Source of the DNA: Malacoraja senta
Lineage: Eukaryota
Length of the DNA: 64,000 nucleotides
Direction of reading: 5' to 3'
NCBI GenBank assembly: GCA_038087875.1
Contig: CM075992.1
Coordinates: 8,310,001-8,374,000 of the forward strand
The notes beneath the pieces are model-generated. The model had not been told where the DNA came from. It did no database searches and worked only from the letters and a program-made list of their open reading frames with translations. Shown piece by piece: positions 49,717 through 62,048 of the stretch; positions within the stretch are counted from its first letter, which is position 1; each line of letters starts with the position of its first letter. The position numbers and the translations under genes were made by a program.

Positions 49717-50800
49717 CCTTGTTTTCAAACAGTACACAGGGTTAATGAAAATCTGAGAAGACTTCTTCTTTCAAGAGTCTGTTACTTGCTAATTTACATT
49801 GCCATATGAATGAATGAATGAATGAATACTTTATTGTCATTATAACATGTAAACATGTACAACGAAATTAGAAATGCCAACCAGTCAGTGCACACATTTT
49901 CTTAGAGCAAAAGTCTAAGATAAACAACTAAAATAAATAACATGAAAAAAAACACATTCTTCTGTCGATTTCCCAGTCCCTTTGGTGTGTAGCGCACCTG
50001 TACTCATTTGGTGGCTACATTAAGTGTATTTATTGCTGTGGGATAAAAACTGTTTTTGAGTCTGTTTGTCCTTGTCCTCATTGATCTGTACCGTCTGCCT
50101 GACGGCAGCAGTACAAACAGGGAGTGACCAGGGTGGAAAATATCCTTTATGATCTTCTTGGATCTAATGTCAAACAGCTTGTTCTTGTCATGAAGTGGCT
50201 GCGTGAGGTCTTTGCTCTGTCTGGGACGAGCTGGTGTTTAGAAACATTCTGCGTGCACTCATTTTAATTCAACTCATCGAAAAGCCACCAGCGTGCAAAG
50301 TGGGCTCTTTGAAGACGCAAAGAATCGCAGACGATGGTTTACAAAACAAAAGACACAAAGTGCTGGAGTAACTGATCGGGTCGGGCAACATCTCTGGAGA
50401 ACATGGATAGGTGACATTTCCAGTCGGAACCCTTCGTCAGACTGATTGTGGTAGAGTGGAGGTGACAACAAAGCTCGGAGGGCCAGGGCGAAGCCTAGTG
50501 AGTGATAGGTGGATACGTGAGGGGAGTGAAGGGAATCTCAGGCTGAAGAAGGGCCTCGACCCCAAACATCACCTATTCCTTTTCTCCAGAGATGCTGCCT
50601 GACCCTGCTGAGTTACTCCAGCACTTTGTGTCTTTTATTGGTCTACACTAGCATCTGCAGTTCATTCCTATACACAGAGTTTTTTGATAGGCTGATGTTT
50701 GGACAAAGGCCAGATGAAAAGACAAAAGGTGTGAGATAAGGATAGAAGAGGTATGAATTGTGAAGCTTGGACTATCTTTAATCTGACTACTGGACTTTAT

Positions 50801-52158
50801 CTCAAGTTCAAGTTCAAGTGAGTTTATTGTCATGTGTCCCTGATAGGACAATGAAATTCTTGCTTTGCTTCAGCACAACAGAACATAGTAGGCATTGACT
50901 ACAAAACAGATCAGTGTGTCCATATATCATTATATAAATATATACACACATGAATAAATAAACTGATGAAGTGCAAATAACAGATAATGGGCTATTAATG
51001 TTCATAGTTTTGTCCGAGCCAAGTTTAATAGCCTGATGGCTGTGGGGAAGTAGCTATTCCTGAACCTGGTCGTTGCAGACTTCAGGCTCCTGTACCTTCT
51101 ACCTGAAGGTAGCAGGGAGATGAGTGTGTGGCCAGGTTGGTGTGGGTCCTTGATGATACTGCCAGCCTTTTTGAGGCAGCGACTGCGATAGTTCCCCTCG
51201 ATGGAAGGGAGGTCAGAACCGATGATGGACTGGGCAGTGTTTACTACACTTTGTAGTCTTTTCCTCTCCAGGGCGCTCAAGTTGCCGAACCAAGCCACGA
51301 TGCAACCGGTCAGCATGCTCTCTACTGTGCACCTGTAGAAGTTAGAGAGAGTCCTCCTTGACAAACCAACTCTCCGTAATCTTCTCAGGAAGTAGAGGCG
51401 CTGATGTGCTTTCTTAATAGTAGCATCAGTGTTCTCGGACCAGGAAAAATCTTCAGAGATGTGCACGCCCAGGAATTTAAAGCTCTTGACCCTTTCAACC
51501 ATCGATCCATTGATATAAACGTGACTGTGGGTCCCCATCCTACTCCTTCCAAAGTCCACAATCAGTTCCTTGGTTTTGCTGGTGTTGAGTGCCAGGTTAT
51601 TGTGCTGGCACCATATGGACAGTTGCTCGATCTCTCTTCTGTACTCTGACTCATCCCCATCAGTGATACGTCCCACAACAGTGGTGTCGTCAGCGAACTT
51701 GATGATCGAGTTCGCACTATGGCCAGCTATGCAGTCATGAGTATAGAGTGAGTACAGCAGGGGGCTGAGCACGCAGCCTTGAGGTGCTCCCATGCTGATT
51801 GTTATCGCGTCTAACACATTTCCACCAATACGAACAGACTGTGGTCTGAGAATGAGGAAGTCGAGGATCCAATTGCAGAGGAATGTGCAGATACCCAGTT
51901 CTGCGAGTTTGGTAACCAGCTTGGAGGGGATGATTGAATTAAATGCCGAGCTGTAATCGATGAATAACAGCCTGACATATGAGTTTTTGTTGTCCAAGTG
52001 GTCCAGAGCGGAGTGGAGGGCCAGCGAGATCGCATCCACCGTTGATCTGTTGTGGCGGTAAGCGAACGGCAGTGGGTCCAGGTTTTTGTCGAGGTAGGAG
52101 TTGATTTGCACCATGATCAACCTCTCAAAGCACTTCATCACCACAGATGTTAGTGCCT
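50801..52158 (-). mobile_element. Rex1/Babar-type LINE, 5'-truncated, with an open RT frame (51002-52158)
   Basis: [45 protein letters not shown] motifs; (ACTTGA)n tail at about 50801-50820. Confidence 0.9.
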
Positions 52159-53124
52159 GTGGTGATGATCTTGAACTGAATAATACATTAATACAATACA
52201 AATTTATTTGTCACATGCACCAACTAAGGCACAGTGAAATGAATTTGCCATGCAGCGATACAATTGAAAAAGATCCCTCACCATGTATCTGTATACTGTG
52301 GACGGCTTGATGGTAATCATGTATAGTCTTTCCGCTGACTGGATAGCACGCAACAATAAAGCTTTTCACTGTACCTCGGTACATTTGACATTAAACAAAA
52401 CTAAACTAGAGGAAGGAATGTAGGTGGGAGGAGGGGGGGAGGGGGGAAATGGATGCACGTCAAGGTAGGGGAGAGGGGAGAGGGGAGAGAGGGAGGGGGA
52501 GGGAGGGAGAAGAATGCGTGGCTGTATTCTGTGTTCATACTGTTAGGTTAGAGGCGGCACCAGGGACCCGGGTTCGATCCTGACCTCTGGTGCTGTCAGT
52601 GCGGAGTTTGCATGCTCTCCCCGTGACCGCGAGGGTTTTCTCCGGGTGTTCCGGTTTCCTCCCGCACTGCAAAAGATGTGCAGATTTGCGGGTAAAATTG
52701 GCTTCTGTAAATTGTCCGTAGTGTGTGATTTTGAACTAGTATACGGGGATCGCAGGTGGGCGCGTACCCGATGGGCCGAATGGCCTGTTTCAACGCTGTA
52801 TCTCCAAATTAAATGAGGTTGTAAGCAACACAAGTGGTATCCTTGACAATAGACACTAAAAGTTGGAGTAATTCAGCGGGGCAGACAGCATCTCTGGAGA
52901 AAAGTAGATGATGTTTCGTGTCGAGACCATCCTTCAGACGAAGACTTGGTTCTGATTAAATTCTCCCCTATCGTAGGGGGAACCCCCTCCTTGGTGACTC
53001 ACTGGTTAAGTTTCTCTCCCGCGCTGACTTCTGAAATCCTCTCGTCTGCCACTAAAATTGTGTAACATTGTCATAATCCAATAATGAGGATTACTCAATT
53101 ACACATGAAAAGATCAATTATCAC

Positions 53125-53530
53125 ATAATGCTGGAGTAACTCAGCGGGACAGGCAGCATCTCTTGAGAGAAGGAATGGGTGAAGTTTTGGGTCGAGACCC
53201 TTCTTCAGACTGAGCGTCAGGGGAGAGGGAAACGAGAGAGATAGACGATGATGTAGAGAGATATAGAACAAATATATGAAAAATATATGAAATATGAAAG
53301 ATAGGCAAAAAAGTAATGATGATAAGGGAAACAGGCCATTGTTTAGCTGTGGGGCTAGGTGAAAATGAGTTACAGACAACGAGACTCAATAAGACGAGTA
53401 ATAGAAGCTGGTATGACTTGGGTGGGGGAGGGATGGGGAGAGAGGGGATGCAAGGGTTACTTGAAGTTAGAGAAATCAATATTCATACCGCTGGGTTGTA
53501 AGCTGCCCAAGCGAAATATCAATTGTTGCT
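53125..53530 (-). mobile_element. Penelope-like 3' fragment
   Basis: End of the GIY-YIG frame (IFRLGSLQPSGMNIDFSNF) followed by the terminal repeat, as at 8968-9620. Confidence 0.75.
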
Positions 53531-53745
53531 TTTGTCAAATGAGTCGGCTGTTGGGAGTGAGCGCTTGGCTGCGTTAAGCAACTGTCCCACAGCTGTGGTG
53601 TGCCCACGGGCTTCCTTCCTCATGTCATCCTCAGGACCGCTCATCGATCCCCTCCCCTCTCTAACATCTGCGGAGATTCCCCGCACTGATAGCACGTCTA
53701 TTATTCATCGCGGAACCACAAGCTCATGAATCAAAGGATGACTCT

Positions 53746-53914
53746 TATAAAATACTCTGGGCTCCGACCTTGCTTCGAGCAGCTTCCTGGTTTCGTCATG
53801 GTTATAATGAGAGGATGTGGCGAGGAGCGATCTCATTTAGCACAGCCCGACTCTACAACAGTCTGACCCATACCCTCAGCAGCATGGCATGGAGAGGAGT
53901 CCTACTGGGTAAGT
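53746..53914 (+). promoter_or_regulatory. TATA-box promoter and putative first coding exon (short N-terminal peptide) of an unidentified gene
   Basis: TATAAAA at 53746-53752; strong-context AGCAGCATGG (ATG 53884, MAWRGVLL); consensus donor TGG|GTAAGT at 53909. Lies in non-repetitive sequence. Confidence 0.45.
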
Positions 53915-55796
53915 ACATACAGTTAGGTGCCTTTTATCTAAAGATAGGTGTGAACACTACAGTGTACCACACTATTGAAATTGTCTGATGTGTTTTTGCA
54001 CAGTTTGTATATATTTGTTATTCTGAATAAAACTTACTTTTGAAGTAAAAGCCCTGTAAGATTTACTGTAATCCACTACCCCATCTAGAGAATAATTTTC
54101 TCCTGCCGATATTCTTCTTTTATTGAAACAAGGCTTCAAGGATAGTGATTTAATTTTCGATTCACTGCCTTTGCTAATCCATTATGTTACTGTATCAAAG
54201 CCACATCACTATTCTGAGCATTGGCTCAGCGGGTCTGATTTAGAACAGACTCGTTCTTTTAGATCTTTAAGTATTGTGGAGGCTGCAGTCTGTTTCCAAG
54301 TCGGGACAGCTGAGCTGGTGCTGAGAACAGTGAAGCGCATTTTGATATTCTAGAGATGGAGCAAGGATTTTCAACAAGAACGAGAGCAGTAACCAGGACA
54401 TCGCTTGTCCTTTGCTTGTAACTCGGCAACTTGTCGCGATCTGGAATTCATTGCCTTCAAAGGTTGGTGGAAGCAGATTATGAAGAAGAATTAAAACACT
54501 GGGGGGAAAAAAAGAAAGAGCAAGCTGAAATAGCAGGAAAGGGATCTGCTAATCTGCTTTGAAACAAAACAATGAAAAGTTATTTTAATAACATTTTCTG
54601 CTACCAAAATGTGATTTTTCAGTGCTAGTTATTTTTGAGTTTAATTATTTATTGATTTATTCTTTCTTTCTAATGGACGAGAAATGGCAAGTAGTTAGGA
54701 AAGTGGTAACTGTAAAGATAGACACAAAGTGCTGGAGTAACTCAGCAGGTCACCTATTCCTTCTCTCCCCCACACAAGGTCCCCCTTTGTTCTCTCACCG
54801 TCCCCCCCACACCGGGTCCCCATTGTCTTCCCATAGAAGGAATGGGTGACGTTTCAGGTTGAGACCCTTCTGTTTTGTGCCCTGCATTTCACTTCATCCC
54901 CTGGCACATGGAAGATATCTCTCCAGAGAGTGCTACTGGACACGTCTTGTTCTGTTGGCAGTGATCTTGCATTTTTTATGGTGAAGGACTTATAGTTTCC
55001 AAATTGCTGTTGTCACTTGATGTAATGAAAAGCAACTGCAGATGCTGGTTTATACCAAAGATAGACACAAAAAGCTGGAGTAACTCAGTGAGTCAGGCAG
55101 CATATGGAGAAAACGGATGGGTGATGTTTCGGGTCGGGACCCTTCTCCAGTCATAAGTTCATACGTTCATAAGTTCAGGAGCAGAATAAGGCCATTCAGC
55201 CCATCAAGCCAGAGGACATAGGTTTAAGATGAAGGGGAAAAGATTTAATAGGAATCTGAGGGGTAACTTTTGCACACAAATGGTGGTGGGCGCATGGAAC
55301 AAGCTGCCAGAGAAAGTAGTTGAGGCTAAGACTATCTCAATGTTTAAGAAACAGTTAGGCAGGTACATGGATAGGACAGATTTGGAGGGATATGGGCAAA
55401 CGCAGCGGTGAGACAAGTGTGAATGGTCAATGTTGGCCGGTATGGGCAAGTTGGGCCGAAGGGCCTGTTTCTCGCTGTTTCGCTGATTAGACTTTGCTGG
55501 CTTTACCTAGCACTAATCATGTATTACCTATTTACCTAGTACTAATTATTCCCTTATCATGTATCTATACATTGTAAATGGCTCTATTGTAATCGTGTAT
55601 TGTCTTTCTGCTGACTGGATAGCACGCATGCAACAAAAGCTTTTCACTGTACCTCGGTACACGTGACAATAAACTAAAGTGAACTGAACTAAGTTTACTC
55701 CGCCATTCAATCATGGCTGATCTACCTCTCCCTTTCAATCCCATTCTCCTGCCTTCACCCCATAACCCCTGACACCCGTACTAATCAAAAATCTGC

Positions 55797-56114
55797 GGTC
55801 ACGGTGGCGCAGCGGTAGAGTTGCTGCTTTACAGTGAATGCAGCGCCGGAGATCCGGGTTCGATCCCGACTACGGGTGTTGTCCTTACGGAGTTTGTACG
55901 TTCTCCCCGTGACCTGCGTGGGTTTTCTCCGAGATCTTCGGTTTCCCTCCCACACTCCAAAGACGAACAGGTTTTTAGGTTAATTGGCTTGGTAAATGTT
56001 TTTTTTTAAATTGTCCCTAGCGGGTGTTAATGTGCGGGGATCGCTGGTCGGCGCGGACCCGGTGGGCCAAAGGGCCTGTCTCCGCGCTTTATCTCTAAAA
56101 CTAAAAAGCTAAAA
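55797..56114 (+). mobile_element. HE1-like V-SINE
   Basis: Matches the SINE consensus. Confidence 0.85.
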
Positions 56115-56908
56115 CCATAAAAATATTTTAAAAATATCCACTGGCTTGGCCTGAACCGTTAATTATCTATATTCCCCAGAGATGCTGCCTGACCCACTGA
56201 GTTACACGGAATTTTGTGTCTATCTTTACCAGTTCCACTTTCCTGCCCACTTGTCAAGTCTCTTTCTTCAGGAAGAAAGAATGAATCAATAAATAACCTG
56301 GCTCAAAAATAACAAACAATGAAACATTACATTTTTTGGACAAGAAACAGTATTATCAAAATAACCCCATTGTTCCACTTTGGTGCAGATGACAATTAAA
56401 TGCTCTTGACTTTTGAACGTCTTGAGGTTTAGGTTTGTTGGTGTCACATGTATTGAGTACTATGAAAGGCTTTGTTTGGCGTGATCAAATAATGCAACAC
56501 ATGGATATGGGTCTCGACCCGAAACGTCACCTCTCCTTCTCTCCAGAGATGCTGCCTGACCCACTGAGTTAGTCCAGCATCTTGTATCTATACATAGACA
56601 CAATCAGGCGTTGTTGGCCATTGCACATCCCATTTTGGGATTATTTTTTTTTGTTTAATATTTTTTATATGGATGTCTTTGTTAGTTTATTATGTTCTAC
56701 GTTTACAGATCTGTTATGCTGCAGCAAGTAATAATTTAATAGTTCTATTTTATTGGCACATTTGATAATTAAACATGCTTGATTCACGAACGTAGCAGCG
56801 TTGTATAAAAAGAAACAGACTGTTCCTTCTTGTTTCCGAATGGTGCAGAACAATTCTAGTCTAGTTTAGTTTAATTTATAATTGTCACTTGTACCGAGGT
56901 ACAGTTAA

Positions 56909-57544
56909 AGCCCCTGTCCCACTTAGGCGATTTTTTCGGTGACTACAGGCGACTAGGCTGTCGCCACATGGTCGCGGGGTGACGCCTGTATGGTCGTGAG
57001 TCGTCTCCTCAAGCCGCCTAAAGAGTTGTAACGTTTTTCTGGTCGCCACTGGATTTTGAAATGTTGAAAACTTTTCGGCAACTGTGGGCTTGACGTAGCT
57101 TGTCTTCTCCTGACGTACGTGCTGTCGTAGGTTGTCGCCAGGATGACGCAGGTTGTTGCCAGGTGACATTGGTTGTTGCCGGTGTTGACTTTGGTGAATT
57201 CCATTGGCGACTACCTACATCAACCGGCGACAGGTACCGGCGACTGAATTCTCTTCAGTTGTCGCCGACAGGGTCTTAGCTTGTCGCGGGTGGACGTAGG
57301 TTGACTTTGGTTGTCGTAGGTTGTTGCCTGTGTGGCCGTAGGTTTTCGTAGGTGTGGTCGTAGATGGACGTCCTAATGGGTCGCCGGTTGTCGGTAGCTT
57401 GACGTCAATGAGTTGGTTGGTTGTCGTAGCTTGTGGTAGACATTGTCGTAGGGGGGGGTCCAGTCACCACTTTTTCGGCGACCTGTTACCACTGTGACAG
57501 TCGCCGGCAGTCGCCGAAAAAATCGCCTAAGTGGGACAGGCCCT
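56909..57544. mobile_element. Harbinger-like MITE
   Basis: TIRs ...CTGTCCCACTTAGGCGATTTTTTCGG / CCGAAAAAATCGCCTAAGTGGGACAGGCCCT; TAA TSD; internal GTCGTAGGTT repeats. Confidence 0.9.
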
Positions 57545-58397
57545 TAAAAAGCTTTTCTGTTACATACTATCCAGTCAGTGAAAAGACTATTCATGATTAC
57601 AATCAAGCCACCCACAATGTTCAGATATAGGATAAACTTTACTGTTACAGGGTGGAAATAGGCCCTTCGGCCCAACAAGTCCTTGCTGACCAGCTATCAT
57701 CCCGTACACTAACACTATCCTAAGCACTTGGGACAAGCTACAATTTTACCAAAGCCAATTAACCTACAAACCCAAGTTTTTGAAGTGAGGGAGGAAACCG
57801 GATCACCCAGAGAAAACCCACGGAGTCACAGGGAAAACATACAAACTCTATACAGACAAGCACCCGCAGTAAGGATTGAACCCGGGTCCCTGGCACTGTA
57901 AGGCAGCAGCTCTACCTGCTGCACCAACGTGCCACCCTTGCGATAAAGGGAATAATGTTTAACATAGTTAGAGTGGAAATGCTGCTGTTGAAATAAAGAT
58001 TTAAAAGAGTGGAGCGATTACAATGAATGATGTAGATCCACATCTGGGAGGAGCAGGCAGAGACTCGCCAGGCTTGGATGCCATCTTGCACATCTTGCAC
58101 TATACGTTATTCCCTTTATCCTGTATCTGTAAACTGTAAATGGCTCGATTGTAATCATGTATTGTCTTTCCGCTGACTGGTTAGCACGCAACAAAAGCTT
58201 TCCACTGTACCTCTCTACATGTGACAATAAACTAAACTAAACTAAATTAGGACTGACGATGTTGGAGCGATATTGTGGCACGGATTAGCGGTCACGAGTT
58301 TACCGAGAGAACCAACTACCAGATCGAAACCACGAGGGTGACAACAGAGGTGCAGGTTTGTCCTGAGGTTAGTTGGCTGAGGTTTGTAGCTACAAAC

Positions 58398-58511
58398 ACA
58401 CACACCAGTGAGTGGATTAGGGCACCAGACTCAAGGAGTGAAGTCCTTCTGTTAGAACGCGGGTATTCTGGTCCTCAACTGAGGGAGTGGGTTTGAATCC
58501 CACTCCTGACA
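58398..58511 (+). pseudogene. Intron-containing tRNA-Leu(CAA) pseudogene, 5' acceptor strand missing
   Basis: GAGTGGATTAGGGCA D-arm remnant; CCAGA-CTCAAG anticodon arm (CAA at 58432-58434); 30-nt intron at 58436-58465; TCTGG; variable arm CCTC-AACT-GAGG; T arm GTGGG-TTTGAAT-CCCAC; 3' acceptor strand TCCTGACA. Confidence 0.85.
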
Positions 58512-58519
58512 ATAGATTT

Positions 58520-61500
58520 TAACAGACCATCAAACAACAGTAGGGAGGTTGGGGATAGCATCAAGCAGGAAATTAGGGATGCATGTAGCAAAGGTACAGC
58601 GGTTATCATGGGTGACTTTAATCTACATATAGATTAGGCCAACCAAATTGGTAACTGCGCTGAGGAGGAGGATATCCTGGATGGTTTTTTTAAACCAATA
58701 TATAGAAGAACCGATAGAGGGCAGGCCTTCCTAGACTGGCTATTATGTAATGAGGAAGGATTAGTTAGCGATCTTGTTATGCAAGGCCCCTTGGGCAACA
58801 GTGACCACAATATGGTGGAATTCTACATTAGGATGGAGAGTGACACGGTTAATTCAGAGACTAGAGTCCTGAACTTAAAGAAAGGAGACTTTGAAGGTAT
58901 GCGATGGGAATTGGCTAGGATAGACTGGCAAATTATACTTAAAGGGTTGACAGTGGAGATGCAATGGCAAAGATTTAAAGACCACATGGATGAACTCCAA
59001 ACATTGGTCATCCCTGTCTGGCGAAAAAGTAAAATGGGGAAGACGGCTCAACCATGGCTAACGAGGGAAATCAAGGATAGTGTTAAATCCAAGGAAGAGG
59101 CAGATAAATTGGCCACAGGAAGCAGCAAACCAGAGACTGGGAGAAATTTAAAACTCAACAGAGGAGGGCAAAGGAGTTAATTAAGAGGGGGGGGGGGGGG
59201 AAGAGCAAGAAAGAAAGCTTGTGGGGAATGTAAAAACTGACTGTAAAAGTTTCTTTAGGTATGTAAAAAGGAAAAGATTAGTGAAGAAGAATGTAGTGAA
59301 GAAGAATACAGTCAGAGACAGGTGAATTTATAAAGGGAAACAAGGAAATGGCAGAACAGTTAAACGAGTACTTTGGTTCTGAGTCTGAAGAAGGGTCTCG
59401 ACCCGAAACGTTGCCTATTTCCTTCGCTCCAAAGATGCTGCCTCACCCGCTGAGTTTCTCCAGCATTTTTGTCTAACTTTGGTTCTGTCAATTACTTTCA
59501 TTTCAACAATTACAAATAAAATATAAACTCGGAAATAATCAATATTTTAAATATTTTCAAATATGCGACTATTTGAAAAAATATACAAAAGATCACTATA
59601 ATAACCCAGCAGATGTATTGGATGAGGCAATGCAGATAAAAGCTGAATCAGCAAACTTAATATCATATTTGTATAATATTATCTTAAATGTACAAATACC
59701 ATCTACGGAGGGTATCAGAAGAGACTGGGAACAAGAGTTAGCTATTAAAATTTGAAAGGAAAGTTGGAATGAACACTTATTAAACGTGCATAAATGTTCG
59801 ATTAATGTGAGACACACTTTAATACAATTTAAAATTTTACATAGATTATATTATTCGAAAACAAAAATTCATAACATTTTCCCAAATGTATCATCTATTT
59901 GTGATAAATGTCAATCCCAAGAAGCTACTATAGCGCACTCATTCGTTTTCTGTACAAAAATTCAAAAATTTTGGAATGAAATTTTCGAAATCTTTACAAA
60001 ATTATTTAAAATATGACTGATACCCAAAGCAGAATGGATTATCTTCGGAATAACGGAAGATGGTCCAGAACTAAATGTGTTTCAAAAGAAACTAATAGAC
60101 TACGGGTTAATAACTGGAAAAAAGCTAATTCTAAAATTTTGGAAGAAGGCTCCAATACCAACTATAAACATGTGGATTTCAAATATGTTCGAAACATTAC
60201 ACCTAGAAGATATAAGACTCCTCCTAGCAGGTAAACCAGATCACTTCCACCTGACGTGGTCTGCATTTATAGAATTATTATAAATATAGGGTGCAAAGAT
60301 ACCTTAAAAAAAAAATTGAGGTCAGGTAAGGGGGGATGATAGTTGAAGAGTTGGTATGTCCCATTTGCGTAATGCTCATAAAAATATTTGTTTCTCTTTT
60401 TTTCCTCTTTCTCTTTCTCTTTCTTTTCTAGGGTCTATTTCTTAACTCTTTTTCTTTTGTTTTTAATTTTGTTCTTATAGGGTCTTCGTCCTTTTTTGTT
60501 GTCACATTTTCTACACTCACTTTTTCCTTCACTTTCTTCTTTCTTTCAATCTTTTCCTTTTAGTAGTGTAAAAAATAAATGGAGTACATTAATTGTAAGA
60601 AGACATAAGTGACGAGTACTAATGTATGTGGTTGTAATGTAATGTACTTCTAATAAATTTAAAAAAAAAAAAAAAAAAGAACCTTGTAGATGGGACATGT
60701 TGGTCGATGTGGGCCAGTTGGGCCGAAGGGCCTGTTTCCACACTGCATGAGTCTACAACTATGATCTACAAGGTGCGGGCCCAGCTGATGTTGTTACAAA
60801 AGAGCTTTGATCTAATTACTTTACACTAAAACCTACTGGGGTATAATGCAGGGAAATGTGGGAAGAAGGAACTGCAGATGCTGGTTTACACCAAAGATAG
60901 ACACAAAATGCTAGAGTAACTCAAGAGTAAAAAAAGAAGAAGAATGTAGTGAAGAAGAATACAGTCAGAGACAGGTGAATTTATAAAGGGAAACAAGGAA
61001 ATGGCAGAACAGTTAAACGAGTACTTTGGTTCTGAGTCTGAAGAAGGGTCTCGACCCGAAACGTTGCCTATTTCCTTCGCTCCAAAGATGCTGCCTCACC
61101 CGCTGAGTTTCTCCAGCATTTTTGTCTAACTTTGGTTCTGTCTTCACTAAGGAAGACACAAACAATCTCCCGGAAATATTAGGAAACGAGGATCTAATGG
61201 GAGGGAGGAACTGAAGGGAATTAACATTAATCAGACAATGGTGTTAGGTAAACTGTTGGGACTGAAGGCAGATAAATCCCCAAGGCCTGATGGTCTGCAT
61301 CCCAGAGTACTCAAGGAGGTGGCCCTAGAAATCGTGATCATTTTCCGTTATTCTCTCAACTCTGGACCAGTTCCTGTGGACTGGAGGATAGCCAATGTAA
61401 CTCCACTTTTTAAGAAAGGAGGGAGAAAGAAAATGTGGAATTATAGACCAGTTAGCCTTACATCGGTAGTGGGGAAGATGCTGGAGTCAATTATTAAAGA

Positions 61501-61935
61501 TGTTATAGCAGCGCATTTGGAAAGCAGTGACGGGTTCGGTCAAAGTCCGCATGGATTTATGAGGGGGAAATCATGCTTGACTAATCTTCTGGAATTTTTT
61601 TGAGGATGTAACAAATGGAATAGATAAGGGAGAGCCAGTGGATGTGGTGTATCTGGACTTTCAAAAAGCCTTTGACAAGATCCCACACAAGAGATTAGTG
61701 TGCAAAATTAGAGCACATGGTATTGGGGATAGGGTATTGACATGGATAGAGAACTGGTTGGCAGACAGTTAGATTTAGCTTTTAGGACTAAGGGAATCAA
61801 GGGATATGGGGAGAAAGCAGGAACGGGGTACTGATTTTGGATGATTAGCCATGATCATATAGAATGGCAGTTCTGAGACGAAGGGCTGAATGGCCTCCTC
61901 CTGCAACATTTTTCTGTGTTTCTATGTTTCTATGT
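58520..61935 (+). mobile_element. Old, decayed CR1 LINE hosting nested insertions
   Basis: GDFN, LGNSDHNM, PWLTREI, DGLHPRVLKE, YRPVSLTSVVGK and DFQKAFDK pieces with stops and frameshifts. Confidence 0.9.
59490..60678 (+). mobile_element. 5'-truncated L1-clade LINE (ORF2 C-terminal cysteine-rich region, 3' UTR, poly(A))
   Basis: QFKILHRLY...CDKC...HSFVFC...FW motif, AATAAA and A-tail at 60661-60678. Confidence 0.9.
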
Positions 61936-62048
61936 GATCTTAGATTGCCAACGGTGGCATAGCTTTGAGTTGGGAAAATACTGCAGTAATCTTCTGTGGA
62001 AACACGACAGTCCTAGTAACTGAGGCGGAGGAAGAGCGTGGGGACGAA

